IMG/VR virus record: IMGVR_UViG_3300045996_003062
Span: 5,551-69,550 of that record
Reading direction: 5' to 3' (one strand)
From: a virus
Lineage: Duplodnaviria; Heunggongvirae; Uroviricota; Caudoviricetes
Length of the DNA stretch: 64,000 nt
Each line of letters starts with the position of its first letter. Position 1 is the stretch's first letter. A model generated the notes under the pieces. The model had not been told where the DNA came from, did not search any database, and saw nothing but the letters and a program-made list of their open reading frames with translations. Both the position numbers and the translations under genes were made by a program. Positions 63,177 through 64,000 of this stretch are shown here, in pieces.

Positions 63177-64000
63177 TGGCGGGCCGGGCGTGGTCCGACG
63201 CCGAGGTGACGAAACTCCGGGCGCTGTGCTCCGCCGGCACGCCACGCGATCGCATCGCCCAGGAGCTCGGGCGGAAGCTCAACTCGGTGCGGATGAAAAC
63301 GGTCGAGCTGGGGTTGGTGTTCCCGCACTCGTCTGCCGACAAGCGGGTGAAGCCGGAGTCCCAGCGGTCGCGCTACCACCAGGCCACGCCGCCGGCTGGC
63401 GCACCCGGGACCACTCCGCCGATGGGTAGCGAGAGCATGGACCGGGAGGGGACGGCGGAGGCCGAGACCATCACCTCGCGGTCGTTCCACGTCCGCACGC
63501 TGGACGAGCTGCTGGCGAAGGCAGAGGTGGACCAGACCATCTGGGAGGTGGACCGCCACGTCATCAACCAGTGGGAGATGGGCGCGAAGAACGAGGCCGG
63601 TGAGATCGTCACGAAGCCGCTCTACCAGATCAAGGCGTGGCTCCGCCGCAACAAGGCACGCGCCGACATGCACGCCATCGCGGAGTCGCTTCTCGCCCGC
63701 ATCGCCGCAGCCTCGCCGGTGCGGGCGGCGCCCGCGTACGTCCGGCCCCAGCGGGACCGCCACATGCTGGAGGTCTGCATCATGGACCTGCACATGGGCA
63801 AACTCTCGTGGCACGAAGAGACGGGAGAGGACTACGACCTCACCATCGCCGAGCGACTGGCGGAGAACGTGGTTGAGGACCTGCTCCAGAAGGCCGCAGG
63901 GTTCCCGTTGGAGCAGATCGTCATGCCGATCGGCAATGACCTCGTCCAGGTGGACAACGGCGAGAACGCGACCACGGCAGGCACGCGGCAGGACACCGAC
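63176..64000 (+). CDS. HTH plus metallophosphoesterase-like protein, N-terminal part (runs off window)
   Basis: GTG start; frame open to window end; motif CIMDLHMG; absent from track because no stop in window. Confidence 0.35.
   Translation, partial: MAGRAWSDAEVTKLRALCSAGTPRDRIAQELGRKLNSVRMKTVELGLVFPHSSADKRVKPESQRSRYHQATPPAGAPGTTPPMGSESMDREGTAEAETITSRSFHVRTLDELLAKAEVDQTIWEVDRHVINQWEMGAKNEAGEIVTKPLYQIKAWLRRNKARADMHAIAESLLARIAAASPVRAAPAYVRPQRDRHMLEVCIMDLHMGKLSWHEETGEDYDLTIAERLAENVVEDLLQKAAGFPLEQIVMPIGNDLVQVDNGENATTAGTRQDTD

Overview
The whole 64 kb window reads as one high-GC temperate, lambda-like siphophage genome or prophage. Almost every supported gene is on the + strand with tight start/stop coupling. 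From left to right: (1) an early recombination/anti-host region holding two HNH endonucleases, a Rad52-like annealing protein interrupted by a LAGLIDADG intein, an excisionase-like gene, a tyrosine integrase, and an attP-like site carrying a tRNA 3'-half on the minus strand flanked by arm-type repeats. (2) A replication module with an O-like initiator, a DnaC-like loader, a Dam-like methyltransferase, a PD-(D/E)XK nuclease and a third HNH. (3) A divergent immunity switch with a minus-strand HTH repressor. (4) A tRNA island (Ser-GGA, Ser-GCT, Glu, Leu, Gln, plus a truncated tRNA-like remnant) with an ATP-dependent RNA ligase and small Zn/Cys proteins. (5) A translationally coupled membrane module: a BCS1-like AAA+ ATPase, Zn-finger membrane proteins and an SPFH protein. 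(6) A lambda-type late region: TerS, TerL (GpA), a lambda-family portal, a genetically fused S49 protease/scaffold/HK97 capsid, head-tail genes, the major tail protein, G/GT chaperones with a CCCTTTG -1 frameshift site, the tape measure, distal tail proteins, a YadA-repeat tail fibre, a holin and an endolysin. The most unusual items are a three-copy promoter-like structured leader element that punctuates the late operon, and a self-regulated, oppositely oriented moron cassette inserted between the tail chaperones and the tape measure gene. The cassette has a near-consensus sigma70 promoter, 26 bp direct repeats, an HTH regulator and two lipoproteins, and is bordered by a degenerate CCATGCC microsatellite. 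A 132 nt tRNA-like structured RNA near the left end is also notable. No CRISPR array and no rRNA were found. The long minus-strand ORFs in the track are judged to be high-GC artefacts.
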